64,000 bases of DNA from positions 151,920-215,919 of the forward strand of contig CANLZL010000007.1 in assembly GCA_947495575.1 (NCBI GenBank). Reading direction: 5' to 3'. The position numbers and the translations under genes were made by a program. Origin of the DNA: an uncultured Nioella sp. (GTDB lineage Bacteria; Pseudomonadota; Alphaproteobacteria; Rhodobacterales; Rhodobacteraceae). The notes beneath the pieces were generated by a model. The model searched no databases and was not told the origin of the DNA. It saw nothing but the letters and a program-made list of their open reading frames with translations. Positions 38,015 to 47,272 of this stretch are shown piece after piece. How positions within the stretch are numbered: position 1 is the first letter of the stretch; the number at the start of each line of letters is the position of its first letter.

Positions 38015-38611
38015 TTACCGCATCAGTCGACCAAGGATGTCATCCATGGCCGAGCCATCGCCATCGGCATCGAGCAGGTCGTTGAGCATGCCCAACCCGC
38101 CGCCCTGACGTCGGCCACCGCCACCGCCCAGCAAGCCTCCGACCAGCCCGGCCAATCCGCCGCCACTGGCTTCCGCCTCAACCTCGTCAATCGCCTCGTC
38201 GGGCATGTTTCTTTGCAAACCACCCTGGGTCATTGCCGCCAACGCAGGCAGGAATTGTTGGACGGTCGACAGATCCACTCCGGCGCGGCCTGCGGCCTCG
38301 CTGGCCAGATTATCGGCCTCAGCCTGACCGCCAAGCAGAGCTTCTAGGAAATTGCGGCCTTGCGCCTGACCGGATGGGCTGGCGGCCTCGGCGGCATTAT
38401 CGAAATTGCGCGCCTGATCCTGGCCGCGCAGCGCACCCAATACGTCTTGCAGACCGCCGCGCTCTGCCCGTTCGCGTGCGGCAGATCCAAGTGCGGGTGC
38501 CAAAAGCGAAGTCAATTGATCAGCCTGACCCTGATCCAGTCCCAATTGGCTGGCCAGTTCTCCAAGGCCCTGTCCACCCTGGGCTTGTTGTAGCATTCGT
38601 AAAATAGACAT
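38015..38611 (-). CDS. DUF937-domain protein
   Basis: I chose the internal ATG at 38611. Repetitive Gly/Ala/Gln-rich sequence with LGGLLGGGGG and the C-terminal DADGDGSAMDDILG typical of DUF937. Confidence 0.75.
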   Translation of the reverse strand: MSILRMLQQAQGGQGLGELASQLGLDQGQADQLTSLLAPALGSAARERAERGGLQDVLGALRGQDQARNFDNAAEAASPSGQAQGRNFLEALLGGQAEADNLASEAAGRAGVDLSTVQQFLPALAAMTQGGLQRNMPDEAIDEVEAEASGGGLAGLVGGLLGGGGGRRQGGGLGMLNDLLDADGDGSAMDDILGRLMR

Positions 38612-38705
38612 TCGGTTTCCCCCAATAGATTGCGCGTGTTCCAATAGACCCAAGTCAGCACGAATGAATACGCAAGGGAAGGGGCCGGGACATAGTTCCC
38701 GTGGG

Positions 38706-39053
38706 TCAGCCAGCCTTTGCCGAAAGCTCATCGAAGCAGTCCAGCGCCTTTGCGGCATACATCATCGACGGGCCACCGCCCATTTGTATGCACATGCCAA
38801 GCGTCTCAGCCAATTCCGCGCGGGTGCCGCCCGCGGCCAGCAAAGCAGCGCAGTGGAACGTGATACAGGGTTCACAGCGATCCGCGACCGAGATGCCGAT
38901 TGCGACCAATTCCTTGGTCTTCAGATCCAACGCGCCGTCGGTCTTGGCCGCTTTCGAAAGCGTGCCAAATCCCGTGGCGACATCTGGTATTGCTTTTGAG
39001 AGCGTGCGCAGAGCTGCATTCATCTCGTTTCGTTTTTCGGTCCAGCTCATCAA
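38706..39053 (-). CDS. carboxymuconolactone decarboxylase / AhpD-like family protein
   Basis: LDLKTKELVAIGISVADRCEPCITFH contains the CxxC of AhpD-like proteins. Confidence 0.85.
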   Translation of the reverse strand: MMSWTEKRNEMNAALRTLSKAIPDVATGFGTLSKAAKTDGALDLKTKELVAIGISVADRCEPCITFHCAALLAAGGTRAELAETLGMCIQMGGGPSMMYAAKALDCFDELSAKAG

Positions 39054-39122
39054 AACAATCCTTTGGGCAATTTGGTTTACCGAAGGAACATCATGAGGGC
39101 CCTGAACGTGCCTTGACCTTGG

Positions 39123-39755
39123 TCAAGTGACCACCAAAAGCAGGTTGTTTGCTGGCATATCGATTACCGAGACGTCACGCGGTTTCAGTGACGCAATCAC
39201 CCAATCAATATCCTTGTAGCCGATTGCCGGGTCAGCGGCTCGCAGGTTGGCGTGGAATCTGGCGTCGCCCTCGCTGGTGGGCACTCCGTCACGTAAAAAG
39301 GGGCCGTAGAGAAGGGCCATACCATCCGGGGCCAGCGCCTGTATGAGTTCAGTCAGCAGGTTTTTTGCAGCGGGCGCCGGGATCAGATGCAGAAGGTTGA
39401 CCAGATAGATCAGGTCACGCGGGCCGTGCTTTAACGACCATCCCGGCTTCGTCGCGTCCATCTCAACAGGTGGCAACAGGTTGGGCTGCCCAGCATGCGC
39501 AACCCATGCCCGGATTGAAGCCATGCGGGCCTGATCAATCTCAGTGGGTTGCCACTGTAGGCCGGGAAAGGCATCGGCAAGCCGAGCGGCGTGTTCGCCT
39601 GTGCCGGAGGCGATTTCAAGCGCGCGGCCCTGGGGCAAGTGCAGTTTTGTCAATTTTGCAAGAATTGGGTCTATGTTTCTGCCTGCTGCGGGCGCGAACA
39701 TACGTCCATCGGGTTCGGGCTGGGGATTATCCCATTGCCTAAATCGGCCGCTCAT
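39123..39755 (-). CDS. DUF938-family (SAM-methyltransferase-like) protein
   Basis: I chose the ATG at 39755 because it forms an ATGA overlap with the upstream stop. FAPAAGRNIDPIL...ALEIASGTGEHAARLA matches my memory of the DUF938 pattern. Confidence 0.8.
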   Translation of the reverse strand: MSGRFRQWDNPQPEPDGRMFAPAAGRNIDPILAKLTKLHLPQGRALEIASGTGEHAARLADAFPGLQWQPTEIDQARMASIRAWVAHAGQPNLLPPVEMDATKPGWSLKHGPRDLIYLVNLLHLIPAPAAKNLLTELIQALAPDGMALLYGPFLRDGVPTSEGDARFHANLRAADPAIGYKDIDWVIASLKPRDVSVIDMPANNLLLVVT

Positions 39756-40834
39756 CTGAACCGCGCAGGGCTGAGTGCGGTGACAACATGCTTTGGCAAG
39801 CATGGGCTGCGCCCGGAGATAAGGTCGGCCAAAAGCGAACTGGCTGCTGGGGCCGTTTGGATGCCGTATCCGCCTTGCCCGGCGACCCAGAAGAAGCTGG
39901 AGGACGCCGGATCAGGCCCAAGGACCAATGTACGATCCGACGCGAAGGTCCTGAGCCCCGCCCAGGATGTGTCGACACGGGTGACCTCCTCAGTAACAAA
40001 GGGTTGATAACGCGCGATCCCTTCGGCCAGCACCATATCGTCGGCCCAGACATCATGCGGATCTTTAATAAGATCCTCATCGGCAGGAGATACCAGCCAT
40101 TTGCCTGCGTCCGGTTTGGCATACCAAGTTTCGCCTGCACCGATCAGCATTGGCCAGGCTGAGGGATCATGCCCTCCGGGTGCGGGCATTCGCGCAATAG
40201 ACCGGCGCAGCGGTTTGACTCCAATTGGCGGCAACCCTGCCATTTGCGCAATCTGATCAACCCACGCGCCAGCGGCGTTAATCAGATATCGAGCCGTGAC
40301 AGTTTCTGCGCCAACCTGAACCTGCCAAAGATCAGCGTTCCGCGAAATGGAGGTCACCTTGGCCTTTGTGCGGATCTCGCCCCCGTGGGAACGCATCTCC
40401 TTTGCATAACATTGGATCAGACGATCTGTGTCGATATCCCAAGCCGCTTCATGGTGGCCCGCAACAGTGACATGGTCAGTATTTAGGATGGGGACGATCT
40501 TGGCGGCCTCGTCAGGCGACAGCGTGGTCAGGTGGAAATCTGCGATATCGCGCTCAATTTCTTCCTCTTGATCTGGACCGGCCAGAAACATCAATCCTCG
40601 CGGGCTGAGAACGCCGCCATCAATGGTTTCATGTTCCTCCCGGCTGGCCTCGTTCAGCGCGATGGTCACCGGTAGGCCATATCGCGCCTCATACAGGGCG
40701 GCCGACCGGCCCGAAGCGTGATAGGCCAAAGCCGGTTCCGCTTCGAGCAAAAGGGTAGTGCCAAGGGGTGCAATTTTTGCGCCAACTGACAGGCCCGCGA
40801 TGCCGCCACCAATGATGAGGAAGTCGTAGATCAT
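39752..40834 (-). CDS. FAD-dependent oxidoreductase (DAO family)
   Basis: I chose the internal ATG at 40834. MIYDFLIIGGGIAGLSVGAKIA is a dinucleotide-binding fold. Confidence 0.85.
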   Translation of the reverse strand: MIYDFLIIGGGIAGLSVGAKIAPLGTTLLLEAEPALAYHASGRSAALYEARYGLPVTIALNEASREEHETIDGGVLSPRGLMFLAGPDQEEEIERDIADFHLTTLSPDEAAKIVPILNTDHVTVAGHHEAAWDIDTDRLIQCYAKEMRSHGGEIRTKAKVTSISRNADLWQVQVGAETVTARYLINAAGAWVDQIAQMAGLPPIGVKPLRRSIARMPAPGGHDPSAWPMLIGAGETWYAKPDAGKWLVSPADEDLIKDPHDVWADDMVLAEGIARYQPFVTEEVTRVDTSWAGLRTFASDRTLVLGPDPASSSFFWVAGQGGYGIQTAPAASSLLADLISGRSPCLPKHVVTALSPARFR

Positions 40835-40938
40835 AACAATATGGTTTGCATGAATATGTGGGATGAACAAGGCAGAGCACAGGTGACAAGGACCCTTATG
40901 ACTGGCTAGTCTTCCGGGACATCAGAAAAGGACAACGG

Positions 40939-41835
40939 ATGGCCAACGCGCGCATCATTTCACCCGCAAGTCAAACCTATCGCGGGCCGCTGACAACGCC
41001 TGAAAGATGGGCCACCTGGGTGCCGAGGCAGGGCGATATTCTGGTTTGCACCCCTTCGAAATGCGGAACGACTTGGACTCAAACAATCATTGCTCAATTG
41101 CTGAGCGGCGGCGACGGTTTGGCGGGGCCTATTCCGGTGATCTCGCCGTGGGTCGATTCAGCATTGGGCGAAGCCGACGAGGTCACGGATGAATTGGCGT
41201 CGCAGCCGGACCGGCGGGTCGTCAAAACGCATACATCGGCCGACGGGTTCCCCGTGTGGGAGGGCGTTCATGTCGTAGCTGTCTATCGTCACCCGCTAGA
41301 TGTGTTTCTGTCTTTGCGTAAACACGGGATGAACATGAAAAACCGCCCCGATCATCCAATGAACCGCCCGGTGAGTGAGGCCTTTGCCGATTACCTCAGT
41401 TTGGACGTGACACCCAACGACATCGATCGCGATTCCTTGTCTTTGTTGGTAGACCACTACAATCGAACCGTTGCGTCGGACAGATTACCCAGCCTGACCG
41501 TTTTGCACTATGCCGACATGATGGCCGACCGAAGGGGCGCGATTTCAGGGTTGGCCGATGCCCTTGAGATTGAGGTTTCAGATGCGGAGTTAACCCGTAT
41601 TGTCGAGGCAACCGGCTTCTCCTCCATGAAGGCTGACGCCGCCAGTTTCGTGCCCGAAGGCGGTAAGGGGTTTTGGAACAATGACGCAGCCTTTTTTGAT
41701 CGTGGCGGTACAGGAAAATGGGAGGGTATTCTGAGTGATGCAGACTTGGCCAGATACGATGCACGCATGTCGTCTCTGGTTCCTGACAGCGATATAAGGC
41801 ACTGGCTGGAAGAGGGCAGCGGCCCCCGTATCTGA
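40939..41835 (+). CDS. cytosolic-type (SULT-like) sulfotransferase
   Basis: 5'-PSB loop TPSKCGTTWTQ, a central VVKTHT, and a 3'-PB-like FDRGGTGKWEGIL. Confidence 0.85.
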   Translation: MANARIISPASQTYRGPLTTPERWATWVPRQGDILVCTPSKCGTTWTQTIIAQLLSGGDGLAGPIPVISPWVDSALGEADEVTDELASQPDRRVVKTHTSADGFPVWEGVHVVAVYRHPLDVFLSLRKHGMNMKNRPDHPMNRPVSEAFADYLSLDVTPNDIDRDSLSLLVDHYNRTVASDRLPSLTVLHYADMMADRRGAISGLADALEIEVSDAELTRIVEATGFSSMKADAASFVPEGGKGFWNNDAAFFDRGGTGKWEGILSDADLARYDARMSSLVPDSDIRHWLEEGSGPRI

Positions 41836-41841
41836 AAACGG

Positions 41842-41872
41842 AAAAAGGCCCGCGAGATGCGGGCCTTTTCTT
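41842..41872. terminator. bidirectional rho-independent terminator
   Basis: AAAAA-GGCCCGC-GAGAT-GCGGGCC-TTTT between convergent genes. Confidence 0.65.
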
Positions 41873-41888
41873 TGGAATGTGAAGGGGG

Positions 41889-42968
41889 TCAGTTCGGAAT
41901 GTCGCCTGTCACACCTTCGATATAGAAATCCATGCCCGCCAACGTGCCGTCATCGGCCACTTCGCCATCGGCCAGCCAAGCCGAGCCGTCTTGCATGTTA
42001 ATTGGGCCAGTGAACGGGTGATATTCGCCAGCGGCAATTGCCTCAACCATAGCTTGGGCCGAGGCGCGAACCTCTTCTGGAATTGCGTCAGTCATCTCAC
42101 CAATGCCAACCATGCCAGGGCCAATGCCGTCCCAGGTGTCGCCAGATTCCCAGGTCCCGTCCATAACCGCCTGAACCCGTTCGATGTAGTAGGGACCCCA
42201 GTCGTCGATAATCGCCGAGACGCGGGGGGCGGGGGCAAATTGGATCATGTCAGACGCCTGACCAAAGCCGATCGCGCCAGCCTCTGCCGCAACGGCCAGA
42301 GGGGCAGTCGTGTCGGTGTGCTGCATGATCACGTCAGCGCCCTGATCGATCAGGGCCTGCGCGGCCTCCGTTTCAATTGTGGGATCCATCCATGTAAACG
42401 CCCAGACTACGCGGAATTCCACATCCGGGTTCACCTCGGACGCGTGATGATAGGCTGAATTGATCCCACGGATAACCTCGGGAATGGGATACGAGGCGAT
42501 GTAGCCGATGATATTCGATTCCGTCATGTGACCGGCGATATGGCCCATCACAGCGCGACCTTCGTAGAAACGCGCCGAATAAGTTGAAACGTTGGGATGG
42601 TCACGACGATAGCCTGTGGCATGTTCAAACATGACGTTCGGGAACCGCTCAGCTACGTTATTGGTTGGGTCCATAAAGCCGAAGGACGTAGTGAAGATGA
42701 TATCCGCACCGGCCAGTGCCATCTGTGTCAGCACGCGTTCGGCATCTGCACCTTCTGGCACATTCTCGACATAGGTGGTTTCAACGGCATCGCCGAAATG
42801 TTCCTGAACGGCCTCTAGCCCGTGATAGTGGCCAGTGTTCCAACCCATATCATTGATCGAGCCAACCATGACAAACCCCACCTGCAGCGGGTCGTCTTGC
42901 GCAAATGCGCTGGTGGCCAAACCGGTTGCCAGTGCGGCCCCGGTCAGTAATTTGGTGATGTTTTTCAT
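41889..42968 (-). CDS. BMP-family (nucleoside-type) ABC transporter substrate-binding protein
   Basis: A signal peptide, then VGFVMVGSINDMGWNTGHYHGL, which is typical of the Bmp/PnrA family. Confidence 0.9.
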   Translation of the reverse strand: MKNITKLLTGAALATGLATSAFAQDDPLQVGFVMVGSINDMGWNTGHYHGLEAVQEHFGDAVETTYVENVPEGADAERVLTQMALAGADIIFTTSFGFMDPTNNVAERFPNVMFEHATGYRRDHPNVSTYSARFYEGRAVMGHIAGHMTESNIIGYIASYPIPEVIRGINSAYHHASEVNPDVEFRVVWAFTWMDPTIETEAAQALIDQGADVIMQHTDTTAPLAVAAEAGAIGFGQASDMIQFAPAPRVSAIIDDWGPYYIERVQAVMDGTWESGDTWDGIGPGMVGIGEMTDAIPEEVRASAQAMVEAIAAGEYHPFTGPINMQDGSAWLADGEVADDGTLAGMDFYIEGVTGDIPN

Positions 42969-42971
42969 TTT

Positions 42972-43730
42972 TTACTCCCTGTCTTTGTCGTCATTTTCAT
43001 GTGTGGTGTCATGTAGTTCAATACCTGCCTCTTCCAGTTCGTTTTCCAGAAGCGCAGCAGTGATGATTGCGGCCGGGCCGGCCACCACGCCCAACCCGAT
43101 GAAGAGGACCATGGTGGTAAAGATGCGTCCGCCGATAGTGATGGGAACCATGTCGCCATACCCAACCGTGGTCAGTGAGGCGACCGCCCACCAAAAGGCT
43201 TTGGGGATCGACGAAAAGATCTCGGGCTGGACCTGATGTTCGAAGATGTAGATGCCCACTGCTGAGACGTAGAGCATCATGATCGCCAGTACGACCAATA
43301 CTGTTAACTCGCCGCGGACGGACTGAAACGCATGGGCCATTCGGTCGAGTGCTCTGCTGGTACGAAATAGTTTTAGCAAGCGGACCAGTCGTATCAGCCG
43401 AAGGGTTCTGAGCGCTGCCCATTGTGGATTGAACAGCACCAGTGCGGGCACAATCGACAAAAGATCGACCAATCCCCAGAAGCTGAAAATGTAGCGCCAT
43501 TTTTTGGGCGCGGTCACAACCCGTAGGGCGTACTCGGCCATAAATATCAACAGAATGACCGCTTCGAAGCCCTGAAATGCGCGCCTTAATCCTTCTGGCA
43601 GGTTCGGCAAGGTTTCGAACGCGATGACAAGCGCTGACGCAATGATCAGCCCGTTCAGAAGCAAAGCCACTGAGGGTCCGAATTTGGGATCGGCCCCATC
43701 GAGGATGTCGTGCATTTCGCTTCGGTTCAT
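42972..43730 (-). CDS. voltage-sensor-containing K+ channel (6TM Kv type)
   Basis: S4-like segment LRTLRLIRLVRLLKLFRTSR with a basic residue at every third position, and the selectivity filter TTVGYGD. There is an 8-nt gap to the upstream permease stop and a 3-nt gap to the SBP start. Confidence 0.9.
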   Translation of the reverse strand: MNRSEMHDILDGADPKFGPSVALLLNGLIIASALVIAFETLPNLPEGLRRAFQGFEAVILLIFMAEYALRVVTAPKKWRYIFSFWGLVDLLSIVPALVLFNPQWAALRTLRLIRLVRLLKLFRTSRALDRMAHAFQSVRGELTVLVVLAIMMLYVSAVGIYIFEHQVQPEIFSSIPKAFWWAVASLTTVGYGDMVPITIGGRIFTTMVLFIGLGVVAGPAAIITAALLENELEEAGIELHDTTHENDDKDRE

Positions 43731-43738
43731 AAGGTATC

Positions 43739-44662
43739 CTAGCCGGTTGCATGGAACACCTTGCCAAGAGCAGCGGGCGCATTCAATGCGGCACGGGATT
43801 TACCCGACGACATAATGACCAGAACGATGATGGTGATCAGGTAAGGCGACATCGCCAGCAGTTCGACCGGGATTGCTATGCCAGCCGCCTGCAGGCGCAA
43901 TTGCAAGGCTGTAATACCGCCAAACAGGTAAGCGCCCAACATGACGCGACCGGGTTTCCAGCTGCCAAAGACAACCAGCGCCAGTGCGATCCAGCCAGCA
44001 CCGGCCGTCATACCTTCGGTCCATTGCGGCACACGAACCATTGAGAAAAATGCGCCGCCAAGCCCGGCGCAGGCACCGCCAAACAGGATTGCCATAAGAC
44101 GTATGCGGATCACCTTGTATCCAAGGGCGTGGGCCGCGTCATGATTTTCGCCTACTGCGCGCAACACGAGGCCGACATGAGTGAACTTCAGCACAGCCCA
44201 GACCGCGATGACCAGTGCCACTGAGAAATAAACCATCGCGGTATGAGAGAAGAGGATTGGACCCAGTACGGGCATTTCTGAAAGCCCCGGAATGTTCAGG
44301 CGGGCCACCGGTGGTGGCGTCGCGCCAGAAATGCTTTCCCCAATAAGAGAAGAGAGGCCGAGACCAAAAAGGGTCAGTGCAAGCCCGGTAGCCACTTGGT
44401 TGGACAGAAAAAACTGAGTGAGAACTCCGAAGATGAGCGCCAAGAGCGCACCACCGACCGCCGCAGCCAAAAAGCCGAGCGTAGGAGAGCCGGTTTGCAC
44501 AGCAATCGCAAAGCCGCTGACCGCACCGATAATCATCATGCCCTCGACGCCGAGATTAAGGACACCTGCTTTTTCGACCACCAACTCGCCAATGGCTGCC
44601 AGCAGGATCGGGGTCGAGGCGACGATTAGCGCTGCCATCAGGGTGACTGGATCAATAGCCAT
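43739..44662 (-). CDS. ABC transporter permease
   Basis: 307-aa polytopic protein, adjacent to and in the same orientation as the other transporter genes. Confidence 0.9.
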   Translation of the reverse strand: MAIDPVTLMAALIVASTPILLAAIGELVVEKAGVLNLGVEGMMIIGAVSGFAIAVQTGSPTLGFLAAAVGGALLALIFGVLTQFFLSNQVATGLALTLFGLGLSSLIGESISGATPPPVARLNIPGLSEMPVLGPILFSHTAMVYFSVALVIAVWAVLKFTHVGLVLRAVGENHDAAHALGYKVIRIRLMAILFGGACAGLGGAFFSMVRVPQWTEGMTAGAGWIALALVVFGSWKPGRVMLGAYLFGGITALQLRLQAAGIAIPVELLAMSPYLITIIVLVIMSSGKSRAALNAPAALGKVFHATG

Positions 44663-45747
44663 TATGCGACCCCCTCTTTTCTCATGCGGATGCGGTAGTT
44701 CGACAGCACGTCAAGCGCGAGCAGGAAGAAGAGCAACATGCCTTGAAAGGCCTGAATGGCCGAGGCCGGGATGCCCAGCATCAGCTGCGCCAGTTCACCG
44801 CCGATATAGGTCAGCGCCATCAACAAGCCCGCCAAAAGGATGCCCACCGGATGTAAACGCCCGAGAAAGGCAACGATGATTGCAGTGAAACCATATCCTA
44901 CATTGAAGTCGATCGAGATTTGACCCGCCGGGCCTGTCACCTCAAAAACGCCCGCCAGGCCCGCAAGGATGCCCGAAACACCCATGCAAAGCAGGATCAG
45001 GCGGGTCGGGTTCACACCTGCAAACCGCGCCGCGCGCGGCGCCTGACCGGCCAGTTTGATCTGGTAGCCAACTAAATGTTTATTGAGCAGGATATAGGCC
45101 GCGATGACCGATATGAACGCCAGTAAAACGCCCCAATGCATGCCGGTATTGGCGATCAATTCAGGGTTCGAAAACGCTTCAATCCGGTTTAGTTGCCGTG
45201 ATCCAGGAAAACCGGATCCTTCTGGGTTCCGCAAGAACCCGACGGCTGCAGAGGCAAGGAATTTCTCTGCTACGTAGACCAACAAAAGCGAAACGAGGAT
45301 TTCATTGGTACGGAAATGAGTTTTCAGAATGGCCGGGATCATGGCCCAGGCCCATCCACCTAACGCGCCTGCAATGACCATTCCGGGGAACACCCACACG
45401 CTTTCCGTTGGGTAAAAGGTAAGGCCAAAGGAGGCACCCGCGATGGCGCCCATGATGTATTGCCCTTCTGCCCCGATATTCCAGATGCCGGCGCGAAAAC
45501 CCAATGAAAGGCCAATGGCGATCAGGATCAGCGGCCCGGCTTTGACCAGCAATTGTGGGCGCGAATAAGCCGCGAATTGTTGGGAAAACAGCGGATCCCA
45601 AAAGATGATACGAATGGCTTCGAACGGGTTTTTGCCAAGTGCCGCGAACATCAAACCGCCCGCAATCATCGTCAGGATCACGGCCAATATCGGAGTGGCA
45701 AGAATCCATGGTTTTGAGGGGGAGGGGCGTTTTTCGAGTTTAAACAT
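44662..45747 (-). CDS. ABC transporter permease
   Basis: I chose the internal ATG at 45747 (MFKLEKRPSPSKPW...). Polytopic, and it overlaps the ATPase stop by 8 nt. Confidence 0.9.
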   Translation of the reverse strand: MFKLEKRPSPSKPWILATPILAVILTMIAGGLMFAALGKNPFEAIRIIFWDPLFSQQFAAYSRPQLLVKAGPLILIAIGLSLGFRAGIWNIGAEGQYIMGAIAGASFGLTFYPTESVWVFPGMVIAGALGGWAWAMIPAILKTHFRTNEILVSLLLVYVAEKFLASAAVGFLRNPEGSGFPGSRQLNRIEAFSNPELIANTGMHWGVLLAFISVIAAYILLNKHLVGYQIKLAGQAPRAARFAGVNPTRLILLCMGVSGILAGLAGVFEVTGPAGQISIDFNVGYGFTAIIVAFLGRLHPVGILLAGLLMALTYIGGELAQLMLGIPASAIQAFQGMLLFFLLALDVLSNYRIRMRKEGVA

Positions 45748-47272
45748 GGGCCGCCTCCGCCGCGTCGTGCATATCATGGGCGCCACCCAGCATCAGACCG
45801 ATGGTCTCCATCGTCAGGCCGTTGGTTGGGCGGGTGTTGGACAGACGCCCTTCATTCAAGGCGGTGAAGTTATCGGCCACTTCCAACAGTTCATCCAGAT
45901 CCTGGCTGATCACGATTACGCCTGCACCTTGTTGAGCGAGATTTAGGATCGCCTGCCGGATATCGGCGGCGGCCGAGGCATCGACACCCCAAGTGGGTTG
46001 GTTCACAACCAGCACTTTCGGGTCTTGCATGATCTCTCGCCCAATGACGAATTTCTGCAGGTTTCCGCCGGAAAGCGAACGTGCTGCATTGTCGGGCCCC
46101 GGGGTCCGAACGTCATAGGTTTCGATCACGTCTTCTGCGTATTTGCGGGTGGCTTTCCAATCAAGGAAGCCATTTCTGTCGAGTGATTTGCGATGACGCG
46201 CCGTCAAAAGCGCGTTTTCTACAAGGCTCATATCAGGGGCTGCTGCATGGCCAAGCCGTTCCTCTGGCCCGCACAGGATACCCATCTGGCGCCGCTCATT
46301 TGGCCCTGTGTGGCCAATTGGTTCTTTCATCAGTGTGACCGCGCCCGGGGCGGTTGGCGTCTCGCCGGAAAGGGCGGCTAGCAGTTCATCCTGTCCATTA
46401 CCTGCAACGCCGCCGATCCCCAAAACCTCACCCGCGCGCAATTCTATCCCTATATGACGCAGGGGTGTGCCAAATGGATTAGCGGGTTCTACGGAAAGGC
46501 CGGAAACCTTGAAAATCACCTCGCCATGGCTGGCATCGGTGCGCGCTGGCGTTGCCAGCGATTTGCCCACCATCAACTCGGCCATTTCTGCGGCAGAAGT
46601 AGTTTTTGGGTCGCAGGTTCCGACGACTTTCCCCAAGCGCAGAACAGTGGCCTCGTCGCAAAGTGTCCGGATTTCTTCTAACTTATGAGAGATATACAGG
46701 ATTGCTGTGCCTTCCGCGCTCAGCTTGCGCAGAGTGTGGAAAAGGATTTCGACCTCTTGCGGGGTCAAAACCGAGGTCGGCTCATCCATGATCAGGAGTT
46801 TTGGGTCTTGCAGCAGACAGCGAATGATTTCGACCCGCTGGCGCTCACCCGCGCTCAGATCCCCTACAAGGCGGTCAGGATCCAAGGGCAGACCATAAGC
46901 CTCGCTCACCTCAGTGATACGGGCCGCCAGATCGCGCGGCTTTGGCGGGTTTTCCATGCCGAGCGCAATGTTTTCGGCCACATTTAGCGCCTCAAAAAGC
47001 GAAAAATGTTGAAACACCATGGCAACGCCCGTGGAGCGGGCCGCACGCGGTTCAGTTGGTGCATAAGGCGCCCCCATGAAATCCATCGATCCGCTATCGG
47101 GGCGCACCAGACCATAGATCATTTTAACCAGGGTTGACTTTCCGGCACCGTTTTCCCCCAGCAACGCGTGAACCTCGCCCGGTTGAATCTTAAAGGCGAC
47201 AGAGTCGTTTGCGACAACGCCGGGATACGCCTTGGTCAGGCTGTTAATACTGAGAAGGGCCGTGTCACTCAT
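45740..47272 (-). CDS. ABC transporter ATP-binding protein with two fused ATPase domains
   Basis: I chose the internal ATG at 47272. Walker A GENGAGKST, signature LSAGERQR / LSGGNLQK, and two Walker B sites. Confidence 0.93.
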   Translation of the reverse strand: MSDTALLSINSLTKAYPGVVANDSVAFKIQPGEVHALLGENGAGKSTLVKMIYGLVRPDSGSMDFMGAPYAPTEPRAARSTGVAMVFQHFSLFEALNVAENIALGMENPPKPRDLAARITEVSEAYGLPLDPDRLVGDLSAGERQRVEIIRCLLQDPKLLIMDEPTSVLTPQEVEILFHTLRKLSAEGTAILYISHKLEEIRTLCDEATVLRLGKVVGTCDPKTTSAAEMAELMVGKSLATPARTDASHGEVIFKVSGLSVEPANPFGTPLRHIGIELRAGEVLGIGGVAGNGQDELLAALSGETPTAPGAVTLMKEPIGHTGPNERRQMGILCGPEERLGHAAAPDMSLVENALLTARHRKSLDRNGFLDWKATRKYAEDVIETYDVRTPGPDNAARSLSGGNLQKFVIGREIMQDPKVLVVNQPTWGVDASAAADIRQAILNLAQQGAGVIVISQDLDELLEVADNFTALNEGRLSNTRPTNGLTMETIGLMLGGAHDMHDAAEAAHV

